Below, piece after piece: positions 1 through 12,300 of a stretch of 64,000 nt of DNA (position 1 is the stretch's first letter; every line of letters starts with the position of its first letter). Below the pieces are notes generated by a model. That model was not told the origin of the DNA and searched no databases. It saw only the letters and a list, made by a program, of their open reading frames with translations. The translations under genes and the position numbers were made by a program. Source of the DNA: Trichinella spiralis (lineage: Eukaryota); NCBI RefSeq assembly GCF_000181795.1, contig NW_003526941.1, positions 2,364,486 through 2,428,485 on the forward strand. The letters run 5' to 3'.

Positions 1-450
1 GCCTCCGGCAAAATGTCGTAAATACCAAAATTTATCGAGATTTTCAAAAAAAATAGAGCAGGCTACGCCCCAGGCTACGCTTCAGGCAATTTGAAAAAAA
101 TATTTACCTTCAGGCTATGCTTCAGGCAAATTATATGCAAATATTTGCCCTCAGGCTATGCTTGGGGCTATGCCTCCGGCAAAATGTTCGTAAATTCCAA
201 AATTTATCGAGATTTTCAAAAAAAAATAGCCGCAGGCTACGCCCCAGGCTACGCTTCAGGCAATTTCAAAAAAATTTTTTACCTTCAGGCTATGCTTCAG
301 GCAAATTATATGCAAATATTTTCCCTCAGGCTATGCTTGGGGCTATGCCTCCGGCAAAATTTTCGTAAATTTGAGATTTTCAAAAAAAATAGCGCCAGGC
401 TACGCCCTTAGTCTCGCCTCAGGCCGATTCAGGATACGCCCCAGGTTAGG
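1..450. repeat. Tandem satellite, ~171-175-bp monomer, about 2.5 copies visible, truncated by the window start
   Basis: GCCTCCGGCAAAA recurs at 1, 172 and 347 with colinear sequence between. The monomer contains 12-bp sub-repeats (YCAGGCTAYGCY) and A/T tracts. The array degenerates at ~400-450. Confidence 0.92.
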
Positions 451-471
451 TCGTCGAGCAGTTATATAGAG

Positions 472-738
472 ACCTCTCCTCTCCACCTATACTCACTCTC
501 CTCTCCACCTATACTCTCCTCTCCACCTATACTCTCCTCTCCACCTATACTCTCCTCTCCACCTATACTCACCTCTCCACCTATACTCACTCTCCACCTA
601 TACTCACTCTCCACCTATACTCACTCTCCACCTATACTCACTCTCCACCTATACTCACTCTCCACCTATACTCACTCTCCTCTCCACCTATACTCACTCT
701 CCTCTCCACCTATACTCACTCTCCTCTCCACCTATACT
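472..738. repeat. Minisatellite, 14 copies of CTCTCCACCTATACT with variable spacer (17-22-bp units)
   Basis: The core CCACCTATAC was counted 14 times. The + strand has no G across the array. Confidence 0.95.
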
Positions 739-759
739 TGTACTATTATTATATATTAT

Positions 760-3509
760 TATTACCTGCTCCTCACTTTTACTTATACTAGTGTAGTCAT
801 TTCCCATTTCGAATCATTCAAAATGGAGTTGAAAGTTAAACCTACCTTTCTTTTAATACTTACCTTAGTGCTTTTCTAATCGTTTCGATGAAAATTATCT
901 GTAACAATAAAATTAACATTAAAGATACTTACCTGGACTTACAAACTAGACTATTGAATGCAAAAAATACCTGAAGATCACTTTAAGTTAACGGGTTTTC
1001 AAACAAAGCAACGTGTTCGAAACAATTTTTAGATTCAGTCCCAAACTGTTTCGATTACTTTTCACCAATTGCAAAACAATTCCTCTAAAATTTGTATAAT
1101 TCATAAAAAAAATACTTACCTGAAATTGAAATCTAAATAAACTGATGAAAATAAAAAGTACAAAGTGAAATATGAGAAATTAAAATAAAGCGAAAAGTAC
1201 AACAACCACATGAAACATAATCCATAGAAATAACAGTGCATTTACTTAAAACTTTACATTTTTAGTTACCTCTGTTCAGCTTCACCGGTAAATTTCTCTA
1301 AAATCTTAAAATTTACGTATTAAATAAATCACGTAAAGATGAAAAACTGTTTTCTAATTATGTATATAGTGTTTGTCTCCCTGTTATGAGCGTGCAAACA
1401 ATTCCATCACTGAAACAGTAATTAATGATTAGGAACTAAGCAATGGCATGCCAAACAAACATATTTGGAACAAAACAAAAATTATCATGCACTGCTATGG
1501 GTCTTACATTCCTTGTTGCATAGCCAGTTTTTGTGATCATATCCATACAAATGATGCTGAACATTGTAACAATACAGTACTGCTTGCTTATTTCGATCAG
1601 CCTTGTCAGAACAGTAGTGGATGCCTTCTTTACTTATCTGAAATATGAAAAAATTGAAAACATGAATATGAAAAAGAAATTTAATATGAAATCTTAAAAT
1701 CATTACATTTACCATTTAATTTTCATAATACGCATTTGTAGCATTCATTTTTAAGTGACATGAATATTGAAGCTGACGTCATCTGAAAATAATAAAACAC
1801 CTATTTGTCTTTACCATATGATAAGAGTATCTGAAAATTTAGAACAACAATAATGATAAAAATTGAGACACCAATTAGTTTCCATTCAGCATATTTGTAA
1901 ATTCATGCAATTGCCATGCACAGAATATTTGCAACACATTATCAAATATGACTTACCTCTCAATCACCGATGATATTGAAGAAAGAAATTCTAGTTGAGC
2001 GCATGCATGCTGCCATGGCTAATGAGCAAATGACGGACAATGAAGCAAGAAGCATTCTGAAAAGTAGTACAATGTTAAGTAAATTATGCAAATGAAACGA
2101 CTTTGCCCCTGGTGAAACAACCTAATTTCCCGTTAGTATTAGTGAAATGGCATAATAATATTAATAATTCTATTCAATAACTATAATGTACGTAGTGTAC
2201 AGTATAAATCAATAGAAACTAAAAGAAGAAAGAAAAAGCAGGTACTCTAATAACCGCTCAGTAACTAACTGAATTTTAATAAAAATTTCGCTTGCATTGC
2301 ATTATGCAAACAAAAATTCTGCCGTTAGCAAAATAACCTGATTGTACTAATTTCCAATATTTGCATGCATACCATCCATAAATACAAATAATTTATTAAT
2401 TTATAACATTGTGAATTACTTTTCAATTAAAAAATAGATTTCAATTTGAAATAAATGTGATTTGTTTATACATTCTGTAACAATTTTGCTTCTTTATCTT
2501 ACTGGCTATCTGTACACACACGCACGCAGGGCATTTTTCCTTGGGATAAAAAAAATGTCTTAGATAAAAAATAAGATAAACTTTCGACACCTTCATAAGT
2601 TGAAAAAGAGTCGAAAGTATAATATTCAAATCATTCAAATAACTGTCTGCAAAAATGAAGAAAATGCTCATGAAAAATGGCAACTGCAACTTCGTTTCAG
2701 CTATAAATAATTCAACAGTATTTTCAATACTATTGTGAATTGTTAATACAACATTAAAATCAACAGTCAAAGAAATTCATTGAAATGTAAGAATAGGATA
2801 AAATTGAAAATAATAAATATAACGATGTGAAAAATTGGAATGGCTTTAATTTTAAAAAATGCTTATTTTTGTCAGAATGAAAATTAATAGAATTTAATAA
2901 ATTTATAAAATAGAAGAGCAGAATAATTTTGAAAGTAATGCAATCTGTAGAAATAGTTTTTTTATACATGCATGCTTATGAAAGCAGTACAAAAACACTG
3001 TGCGGAATTTTCAATCGCAAGTCAGGTGGCTTTGTCGCTAAGTTAATTAAAAATTAAGATATAATTGCACCTTATCAAAGTATCAAACGACAGAAATTTA
3101 TAATAAATGTAGTGAAAAATTTTGTCTTACCTTTCGCCTACAGTTTTCCAAATGCTTTCCGCGGCGTCGGCGTTTTCAATTCTTCTTCATATCTGAAAAA
3201 ATGTCAAATCGGACAGTCGACAATTTTAAAATTCTCTCCACAACTGCAACTGATTATCGCCATTTACACATAATAATTTTCACATATGCAAGTGAATCTG
3301 TTTCAAGTCATATTATCAATAAAAAAGGTGTAAGGAATGAAAATTGAATATTCTGAAATAATGAAATGGAGATGCAATTCGTAAAACTGGCAGATTGAGT
3401 GAAGCAAACAAGTGCGGAGGCAAAACTAAAAATGGCGTTTCAAGCAGTTTGCTGAATTGTATATCGCATAGACAGTGCAAGCGTAACGTTACTTGACCTA
3501 CACACACAT

Positions 3510-3544
<35 letters not shown>

Positions 3545-3915
3545 TATATATATGAAAATAACGATAAAAGCTGACGTAGTGAATAGAAATAATTTTAAAA
3601 TTAAAAAATTCACTTGCAGAACCTAAATAGCAAAGAATTTAAAAAAAATGACCTTCAAGTTCAAAGAATAAATTTATGGACTTAATATGAGAGAACAAAA
3701 GAGGACAAATATAAAAATTAAATATTATTAAATAAAAAAAACACAATTCAGCAGTTCAGTGAATGGAATAAATGAGGTGGAAAGCCATTTCACCATTTCA
3801 GTTAAGTAGTGATAAAGCGATTTTCAGACAAGAGATTAATTTGCATAACAAGCAGATAGTCAACTCGAGCTCGACGAAGTGTGCAATAAAACAATAGCGC
3901 CGCTCACCTGAAATT
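760..3915 (-). pseudogene. Possible decayed multi-exon gene or spliced non-coding transcript
   Basis: Many minus-strand TTTCAG acceptors and GTAAG donors bracket short exon-like blocks (e.g. ~1507-1637 ISKEGIHYCSDKADRNKQAVLYCYNVQHHLYGYDHKNWLCNKE, ~1957-2056, ~3131-3193). Several blocks are closed in all three frames. Confidence 0.3.
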
Positions 3916-4830
3916 TCCACTTCTAGTGGTCATTTTTCGTTGAACAGTTTAAGTTTTATAATAAGAAAGCTTGCTCTACGATTTGGATACAGTGACTGGC
4001 TGTAATTGGAAATTTCTTCATTATTCTAAGATAAAAATGAACAATTAGTGAATAATACTATGAAGCATTTACTTTGCAAAATTCAAAGAAAGCAACTTTT
4101 CACATTGTGAAATTAAGAAAAAATTAATATTTGAAACAAGTTCATATTATGATAATTCCATTTTTAACAAGTGAACACGTAAATAAATGCACATACATGT
4201 AAATACATTCAATAACAGCGTACCATTTCGCTTAGGATTAAAAAAAATTCAAGAATTCAAAAAAATGAAAGGATTTTAAAAATGTTGGCGTGTGCATATT
4301 GGACGATCAGCTTGTCAAGCGACTGTTGAAGCAGCGTTCATACTTTCTGACTGGTCAATTCACGTTCAACAGCATTGAGCACGCGATCAGCGTATGCAAA
4401 TTAATAACCACAGTAGATTAAATGAGTCGAAGGATTGATTGTTGCTTTCATTTTGACAAATAAGTTTTTCTCCGTTGGGATGGCAATGAATAAGATGAAA
4501 ATGAAACAAAAATTTCAATTTCAAATTAATTTCTTCACGAAATTCACCAAAAACATAAAAACAACAATATATTACATTTTTTTTCTCATTAAATGTTACA
4601 ATTTAAAAATAAAATTAAAGAAAATTTTATTAACCTTTTTTCAAACTTTTGAAATAAAAATTTGGGTATGATAAATTTGAATGTAATTTTTTGGTTTCCC
4701 TCTGAAGTTGGTTGGGAAGGAAGTGAATGAGAGGAATGTGGAATTCTTTGATTATTTCTTTCTTTTTTGACACCTCCTTATTATCCAGTGGATTTGGGAC
4801 GAGAAGATGAGAAAGTTGTACGCTTTGGAG

Positions 4831-6333
4831 TCAAGCAGCAGGCGAGTCGTTGATCACGCTGATCGAGGAGATCTTCGACTGAGGCGGATGTTGGTCGTCA
4901 GGCGCAAAAAATGCAGTGATCTCTTCGATGCTTTTGCCTTTGGTCTCGGGTAGCAGCTTGTACAGCAGCGCCATGACCAACAGCTCGCTGATAAGAAATG
5001 GCAAATAGCTGCACGACAAGCCGACCGCTTCTTTGAACGGCAAATAGGCGAGCACGACGACCATTTGAAATGTGAAAAACAAGAACGAGACCACGGCCAC
5101 GGCCACCGAACGCACACTCTGCGGGAACAACTCGGACACGACGATCCAAATGATGCTGGAAGTGAGCGCGAATCCGACTTGGAACAAAAACAGACAAGGC
5201 ACGGTGGCCACGCGGGCCGGATAACTGTCCAACTGCAAGCCGACTTCGACGCAGACCATCAGGAACACCAGCGAGCCGGCGGTCACTGCCAGGCCGGACA
5301 GCAGGATCACTTTCCTGCCGACGCGTTCAATCAGCGCCGTGCTGATCACCGGCGTCAACACGCTGCACAATCCCAAGCCCACGCTGGCGTACTTGGCCGT
5401 GGCGGCCGACAAGCCGGCTGCCACGAACATGGTCTTGGAAAAAGCTAGCACCGCCGCGATGCCGCTGAACTGCACTCCGAACGCGATCAGCACGCTAATG
5501 AGCAACGGTCTGCTGTATTGGCGCTGGGTGAGCAGTTGCTTCAGCAAGGACGGCTGTCCGGAGCCCTGGCCGTTGGGCAGCTGGGAATCGACGACCACCT
5601 CCTTTTCGATTTGTCGAATCTGCAATTCAACGCTCATCTGCTTGCGGTAGTAGGAGAGCGATTTCCGGGCCGCCAGTTCGTCTTTGCGGGTGAGGAACAA
5701 AAACCTCGGCGACTCTTCACCGTACCAGACAATCATCACTTGCAACAGGCTGGTCACCAACGGCACGCCCATCGCCACCGGCCACAGCTGGTCCGAGCCG
5801 AACACTTCGGGCAAGGTGGCCACCAATGACAGGGTGCTTCCAATGCCGAGCATGATTTGCAATATCGACCCGCACATGCCACGGTATTGGACCGGCGCCA
5901 GCTCGCTGACGAACATCGACGCCAGACCCAACGAGCCGCCCAACGAGATGCCCAACAACAGTCGACCGACGATGAACAGTTCGAACGAGTTGGCAAATTT
6001 AGCAACCACCGTCAGCACAGAGCCCAGCGAACACAAACATCCTGTGGTGATCAAGCCGCCCCGACGCCCCAGTCGTTCGGCAATGGGCCTGGTCATCAAC
6101 GCCCCGACCACGGCGCCAATCTGCAACGCTGCGCTGGTCAACGACCACAGCACGGTCATTTCCGAATCAATCAACGAAACACCATAGTGAGCCGTGTAGG
6201 ATTCGTTGATCCAGTGCTGCAATTCGACGGCGACGTTGTTGATCACCGAGTTGCTGTAAAATTGAAATTGCGCCCCAAGACCGACCGCACAGACCGTGAT
6301 CAGCAAATTCAGCTTCACCTTTAGCATCGGCAT
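4831..6333 (-). CDS. Facilitated sugar-porter (SLC2/GLUT-like MFS) transporter, single coding exon, ~500 aa
   Basis: Multiple hydrophobic helices plus sugar-porter motifs RLGRR, SELAPxxxRG, EESPRFL, QFSGI, ERVGRK, SELFP and PETKGKS. First ATG at 6333 (MPMLK). A TTGCAG acceptor lies ~60 nt upstream. Confidence 0.92.
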   Translation of the reverse strand: MPMLKVKLNLLITVCAVGLGAQFQFYSNSVINNVAVELQHWINESYTAHYGVSLIDSEMTVLWSLTSAALQIGAVVGALMTRPIAERLGRRGGLITTGCLCSLGSVLTVVAKFANSFELFIVGRLLLGISLGGSLGLASMFVSELAPVQYRGMCGSILQIMLGIGSTLSLVATLPEVFGSDQLWPVAMGVPLVTSLLQVMIVWYGEESPRFLFLTRKDELAARKSLSYYRKQMSVELQIRQIEKEVVVDSQLPNGQGSGQPSLLKQLLTQRQYSRPLLISVLIAFGVQFSGIAAVLAFSKTMFVAAGLSAATAKYASVGLGLCSVLTPVISTALIERVGRKVILLSGLAVTAGSLVFLMVCVEVGLQLDSYPARVATVPCLFLFQVGFALTSSIIWIVVSELFPQSVRSVAVAVVSFLFFTFQMVVVLAYLPFKEAVGLSCSYLPFLISELLVMALLYKLLPETKGKSIEEITAFFAPDDQHPPQSKISSISVINDSPAA

Positions 6334-9300
6334 TGTTTCGACAACCACTTTCAGTCCTTCTTTTTCCAAACTCGCACCTCCAAACGCAACTCGTCTGCAA
6401 TTAAGCACAAATATCAATTAACCAATGCACATTGCCAGAAAATAACTGCAAGCAAAAAAAGAAACCCCTCGAAGCTTATTCTATTTTAATTCTCTCCTTT
6501 TCCACCCTAGCTAATAAGAACAATGAATCCATTTCCAGTTGAAAAACAAAAATATTGTCACGTATTTCTGGAAAAATTGAAAATACTAAGCATGCTGGGA
6601 TGATTCTCAGAGGAAAGCTCAAGTTTCAATGCCTGTCACGATCGTAATTTAATCACGTTAAGTGGCAAAAAGATACGTCCGCATCTGAAGAAGAATAAGA
6701 TGATGATGATGATGATGATGACCATGATGCTGTGATTTTCACAAATCACGATCAATGAGGAACAATTGAAAATGCAAACGCTGAACTGAAATGATCACCA
6801 ACAGAAAAATCAGACATTTGCAAATTCATTTCAAGCTGCTCCACACCGCTTACTAGCAACAAATGTAAATGAATATTTCACAATGTGTAATCGTGCAAGC
6901 TCGGCAGTACATGCAAAAATTTAAACCAGGACAAGTTCTCAAAGGTGACATCTCATCAACACTTTATGCTACGAAATTTTCAACTTTGAAATAACTGTGA
7001 TAAATGAACAAATACATACATATATATATGCACGCATTTCCCGTTCATCAAATAATATGCAATTATAAATGATGCAGGAAGGGGTGACAAAAACGAAATT
7101 GCTATTTTACACTGAAATGAACAAAGATGAAACGGTCATTGCATAATCGTCGGTCAACAAAATCCATCTTTCCTTATAAGCAAAGATTCACATATTATGA
7201 AATGTTTCTTCCGCAAATCATGCAAACGTGTTTGACCAATTTCATCACGCTTCGCAGCTCATCATCGCAGCCGCATTCTACAAGCCTGAATGTGAGCAAA
7301 CTATTTTCAATTTAAATATTTTCAGAAAAATGCCCATTTCCACGCAACTGCAGCAACGACAACCAGATGAATCGATTTGCAATCAGTCAATTGCACGAGG
7401 AAAGTTTGTCCATTTGAAGTACTGAAAAACATTTGGAATATTCAAATTTCAACATTTCTTACAATGTTCAACTGAATGCAATATAAGAGGTGGACATTTT
7501 CAAGCATTCGCAATTCAATCAGTGGCGATCAGTTAGTTGTAAATAAACAAGTGTCATTGTGTAAAAAAAATTTGTTCACACGATTTGATTAGCAAACCAG
7601 TCGACAGAAGTTCCAAATTTGAAATTAATTGAATTGCACCGAACAGGGGTGGAAAATTTGGAAAACACTGCCGAATTAATAATTACCAAATTATGCTTGA
7701 AGAAATGCAGTCGGTCAACTTGTCCAAAAGTGAAAACTTTCAACTTTCAACCCTGCAGTGAACATTTGACAAATTGCTAATTTAAACTCGCTTGCAAATC
7801 AAAAATATTCAGTCAACCGTGAAACAAGCAAGCAGACAACAGACAACAACGTGAACAAATTTACAAATTTTGCACAACAATAAGCAAATTCAAAGAAAAC
7901 ACTTCTTCCACATCACATCAAATTTAAACAGATTTTTGCTTTCATTTGCTGATCTGTTTGAAATTTTGAACGAGAAAAATAGCACATTGTTACATGCAAA
8001 TTTTCCATTCATCTTTTTCTCACCTACAAATGACAAATGCAATAATTCCAACTGTACGTTATTATAATGTGTCATGTTGAAATAATAATAAAAAATTTTC
8101 TTCTTGCACCACATGACAAGTGAATCAAAGAATTTATAAAATTGGAACAGAACATGTTATTATATGACTGCAACAAAATTAGTGTCAAAAATCAGTTCTC
8201 AGTTTTACTGTATGCACACATTATTGATTTTCGGCTGCCATGGAGGATGGAATTTTAAAAAATATCAAATTTAAAGCATACGTGAGAATGAAATTTGCAT
8301 AATAGACGCTGCTTCAACAGTGTTCGTTCATGCTGAACGCAGTATTAATTGTGCTAGCCGTTCGATGATTGTCAAATTTGAAAATTCAAATTCAACCGAA
8401 AAATATATATATAAGTTGAGCAAAAAGCAAAATATCAACAATGACAACTGACAGCTTTTTGAAGAATGAAGCTCCTCCATTTCACAAAGCATAAGAAAAG
8501 TGAATCCACGTCTTATAGACTTTCAAACTTTCAATATCGTTGCTAGATGTTGCGAAAAAATGCTAATTTTCTACATGCTGCAAAGTAAGAAATATGAAAT
8601 ATGAAGAGAAAAAAATTCTTTTCTTTTGAGATTACCTCCTCCATCAGCGACGTTATTACATTGTGAAAGTTGTTTGAATATCAATAAAATGTATAATTTT
8701 TCATTTTTTTTGTAATGAAGCCGCTTATTCGAATTGAAGATTTTCAATGCGGCCAGTAAGATGCCACAAAAAAGCAACACGCTAAACGAGAGATAAAGCC
8801 ATTCTTGTGGATAGAAATATTGCGTAAGCATTGAGTAAAAAATCAATTTTCCCAACATAACATTTTAATCCTATTAAATTTTTCAATTTTCACAACTCAA
8901 ACTATTTTTGCTTTCAGGAAAATTTCAAAGGAAAATTTAAATTTTCAAACTGAAATATTTATGCAAATGCGAATCTTGAAAATCTGCTCATGTTGCTGTT
9001 CAATTAAGCATTTGATCAAAAAACATCACCTTCCGCATTACAGATATAAAAGTATCAACGATGATGTTCAATGACTGACTGACTGACTACCTTGGTTGAC
9101 TTTTCATCGCTGATAAAAAAATGATTCAACACTCAAACGAAGAACATTCAAAACTGACAACTTCAATAATCTCAGCATTCTCCCACAGTAATTTCAAAAA
9201 AACAAACAAACAAAGTATAATAAATAAAACGTTTTTCTGTACTGTAATAAAACACTATCAAGCGATGATATTGGAAAAGTAATTTCATCGAACATGCAAT

Positions 9301-12300
9301 CATGAAATTTTGAACCTCATCAAATCTTCATAAAATCAGCAATAGATTAACAGTTTAAATAAAATTACGGATGAAAATTAAAAAAATAAAGAAAAGCTGC
9401 CATCTTGAAACATTGTGCAAATTTAATTTCCTCCGAGATTCACAGAATAATATGGATAAATGTCGCTAATGTAAAGGAAGAAGAAAGTCTTCTTTTTTTT
9501 CAATAAACCCCAAATGAAAACGTTGCTTCATCTGCTTTTCGAATTTTATATTGAAATTAACTGAAAGATACTATGACAATCGTGCTGAGTGCAAGTGAAT
9601 GAAAAATGAACTCAAATACATTGTACAATAATTCAAATTATGCGACACAGATCATAAATCAATTTTCACTCCATTCGCTTGTTTAGCTTGAAATTTAACA
9701 CTGCATATAATCATAGTAAAAAAATTTGAATAAAAAACTATTTCACATTTTTGAATAAGAATCACGTATGAAAACAAGAAATAGAAATTCATCTCCACTT
9801 CTGTGAAAGAGTTGAATTTTTTAATTTGCAAAAGTTTGCAAATTGAACAAAATGAAAACTACTTCCAAGCACATACTGCGCATCAAATGAATGAATTAAA
9901 TTTTCCTGTCTAAATTTTTTTGAAATTTAACAATGCTTGTGAAAGAAAATTGGCTTTCATCGTTATCACAAAAAAACAAAATTTAATAATTATTATTATT
10001 AAAAAAATATTCTCAGAGTTATTTTAAAAATCTATCCATTAATTGCTTAACTTACCAAAATTCAACGAAATTTTGGTTCACCAATTTCTATCTGGTTTGA
10101 CAAAAAGCTTAATAAAAAAGCACTTTTATTTGCATGATGTTGTAAACGTGTGCACATGTGAACAAGAGCAACGTTAACGTTTCACAGACAAAATAAACAT
10201 CCTGTTTCAAACGTGAAAACAAGGCTCATCGATATGCTACTAATAATAATCAAATTTAATGATAATTTCATATTAAAAATACAATGCTTCATCAATAGAT
10301 CAATCAATCACAAACGGGTTCAACAACTCCCATAATTTTAAAAACAAGTGCAACAGAACAGTGCTCACAGGCTAAAAACAAAAAAAACAGTGCTAACAAG
10401 CTAAAATTACTTCAATTTGATCATAACGTAGATTTTTCCCATTAGTTTAATGCATGCTCAATTTTACCGATCAAATAATTAAGATATCTCTGATTTCATT
10501 ATGCCAACAGAGGCCACTGTTATCAAATATTTTGGCAACTGTTTAGTAGAAAGTTCAAAATTTATCAAATTTTGAACTTTACAATCAAAAATAAAACACA
10601 ATATAATTTCATAAACATTATATTGAAACCCAAGTTCTATACAAATGCAGAATTTCAATTCCAAAGCTAAACATACAAGATAATGTGGCATAATAATTTC
10701 TTTTTCAATTACCTAAACAATTTTGCCAGCTTTTGATTTATAAATTATCAGTGATAGTAAAAAGGGCAGTTAATGAATGAAAATTCAAATCATAAATTTC
10801 AGATAAGAAACTTTGAAAATATTCGCCCATGGAAATAAATTAAATTTCATCTTAAATTTAGCAAAATATATGTTATTAAACTGAAATTCATTCCATTAAT
10901 TATTCATTGCATGGAAATTACGTTTTCCCACTCGGAAAATTAAAATTCAGTAACAATAAAAATAAGTTTGATCTAATATACCAACATCTCAAAATTGCGA
11001 AATGCAATATCAATTTTAAAAACACTGATTGCTTAAACTGAAATCATAGCACCATTATCTGACATTCCATTCTTTTATACTTCAGTAAAAAGCAATTTCG
11101 TGCATTACATGTTATTAACTCGTCTTTTACAAAAATGCAGTGAATAATTGGACACTGATTAAAACCGTAAAAGCATGTTAATTAAAGAACTTCAGTAAAT
11201 TTTTTCAATATTTTAAATAATAAAGTAAAGAAAATTCTAATAAGATTCATTTTAAAAAAATATGTGATTATCCTATTCACCACATTCGCGCCGTTTTGTG
11301 TATTCATCATTTCTATTTCACGACAAAGTTGCGTATAATTCTTTAAAATGTACAAAACAGCAGCTATCGAAATGTAGTGTTCAAGCAATAAAAAACCATT
11401 TTAAACAATCGAAAATTCAATGTCTACTTACTGTACAAAATAATTTCATTTCGCTGAACACAAGCTGAATTAATGGCTTCCTTTAAATTCTGGTTGATAA
11501 AAATATGTAATTCAATTCTTCTTTTCAACACTGCAGGATTCTGAGGCCATAATTTGATACTCTACTTTATTATGTTGGAATTCTTCAGTGAATCAAAATG
11601 CGTAAACCGCTAAAACCGACTCTTAAACAACTATCAATGACTGAAACATAAAGTCTAAAAAGAGCGACATTTAATCTATTAAAATAGACAGTGTAAATTA
11701 TTTCAATACCATTTTACTTCTGTTTTTAAATCCAGTTGATAAGCGAGAGGAATTGCACACAAAACTACATATTTAGAACTACGCAACAACTACATAATAA
11801 TCGAATTTTAAATTTCAATTTTACTTCAAAGTACTGTAATGACGTCAGGTTTGATTCCATTTTATAGTACTTTATTTTCTTTTTGAATATCAAGTACAGT
11901 ACTACAGTCCTTGAAAAGTTTTCTATTTGACAGCTTTGTTACTTTTTTCTCATTTTCTTATATTTTTTTATTATGAAAAAAATTTTTAATTTAAATGGGT
12001 AACTATTATGTTTTCTTATATTTGTAAGATATCTTTGAAAATTAAATACATTTAAATTTGTTTTTTATTGTATCGAATATTTAAAGTTTTTTTTCCACTT
12101 TGGTGTAGTATAATTGAATAACTAATAAATTAATTTCATGCGAAATGTTATTTGGAGTATTTAAAAATATGAAGTTATTTCAAGTTTCTTCACTTGGTAT
12201 GCTTGCCTAATCTTTGCAGATGCAATTTAGAAAAATTTACACTACTTTTTGTTTGTTTCCTGTCATAATGAATGTGTTTGATTGAGTATGAACTGTACTG

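Noticed and set aside
91..411. ORFs 91-411 and 117-368 with internal peptide repeats
   Set aside because: They are simply translations of the 173-bp satellite.
472..738. CRISPR-like regular repeats
   Set aside because: No unique spacers, eukaryotic context and no cas genes.
4854..6400. Numerous overlapping and antisense ORFs over the transporter
   Set aside because: Shadow ORFs caused by high GC and stop-codon scarcity. None has a recognisable motif.
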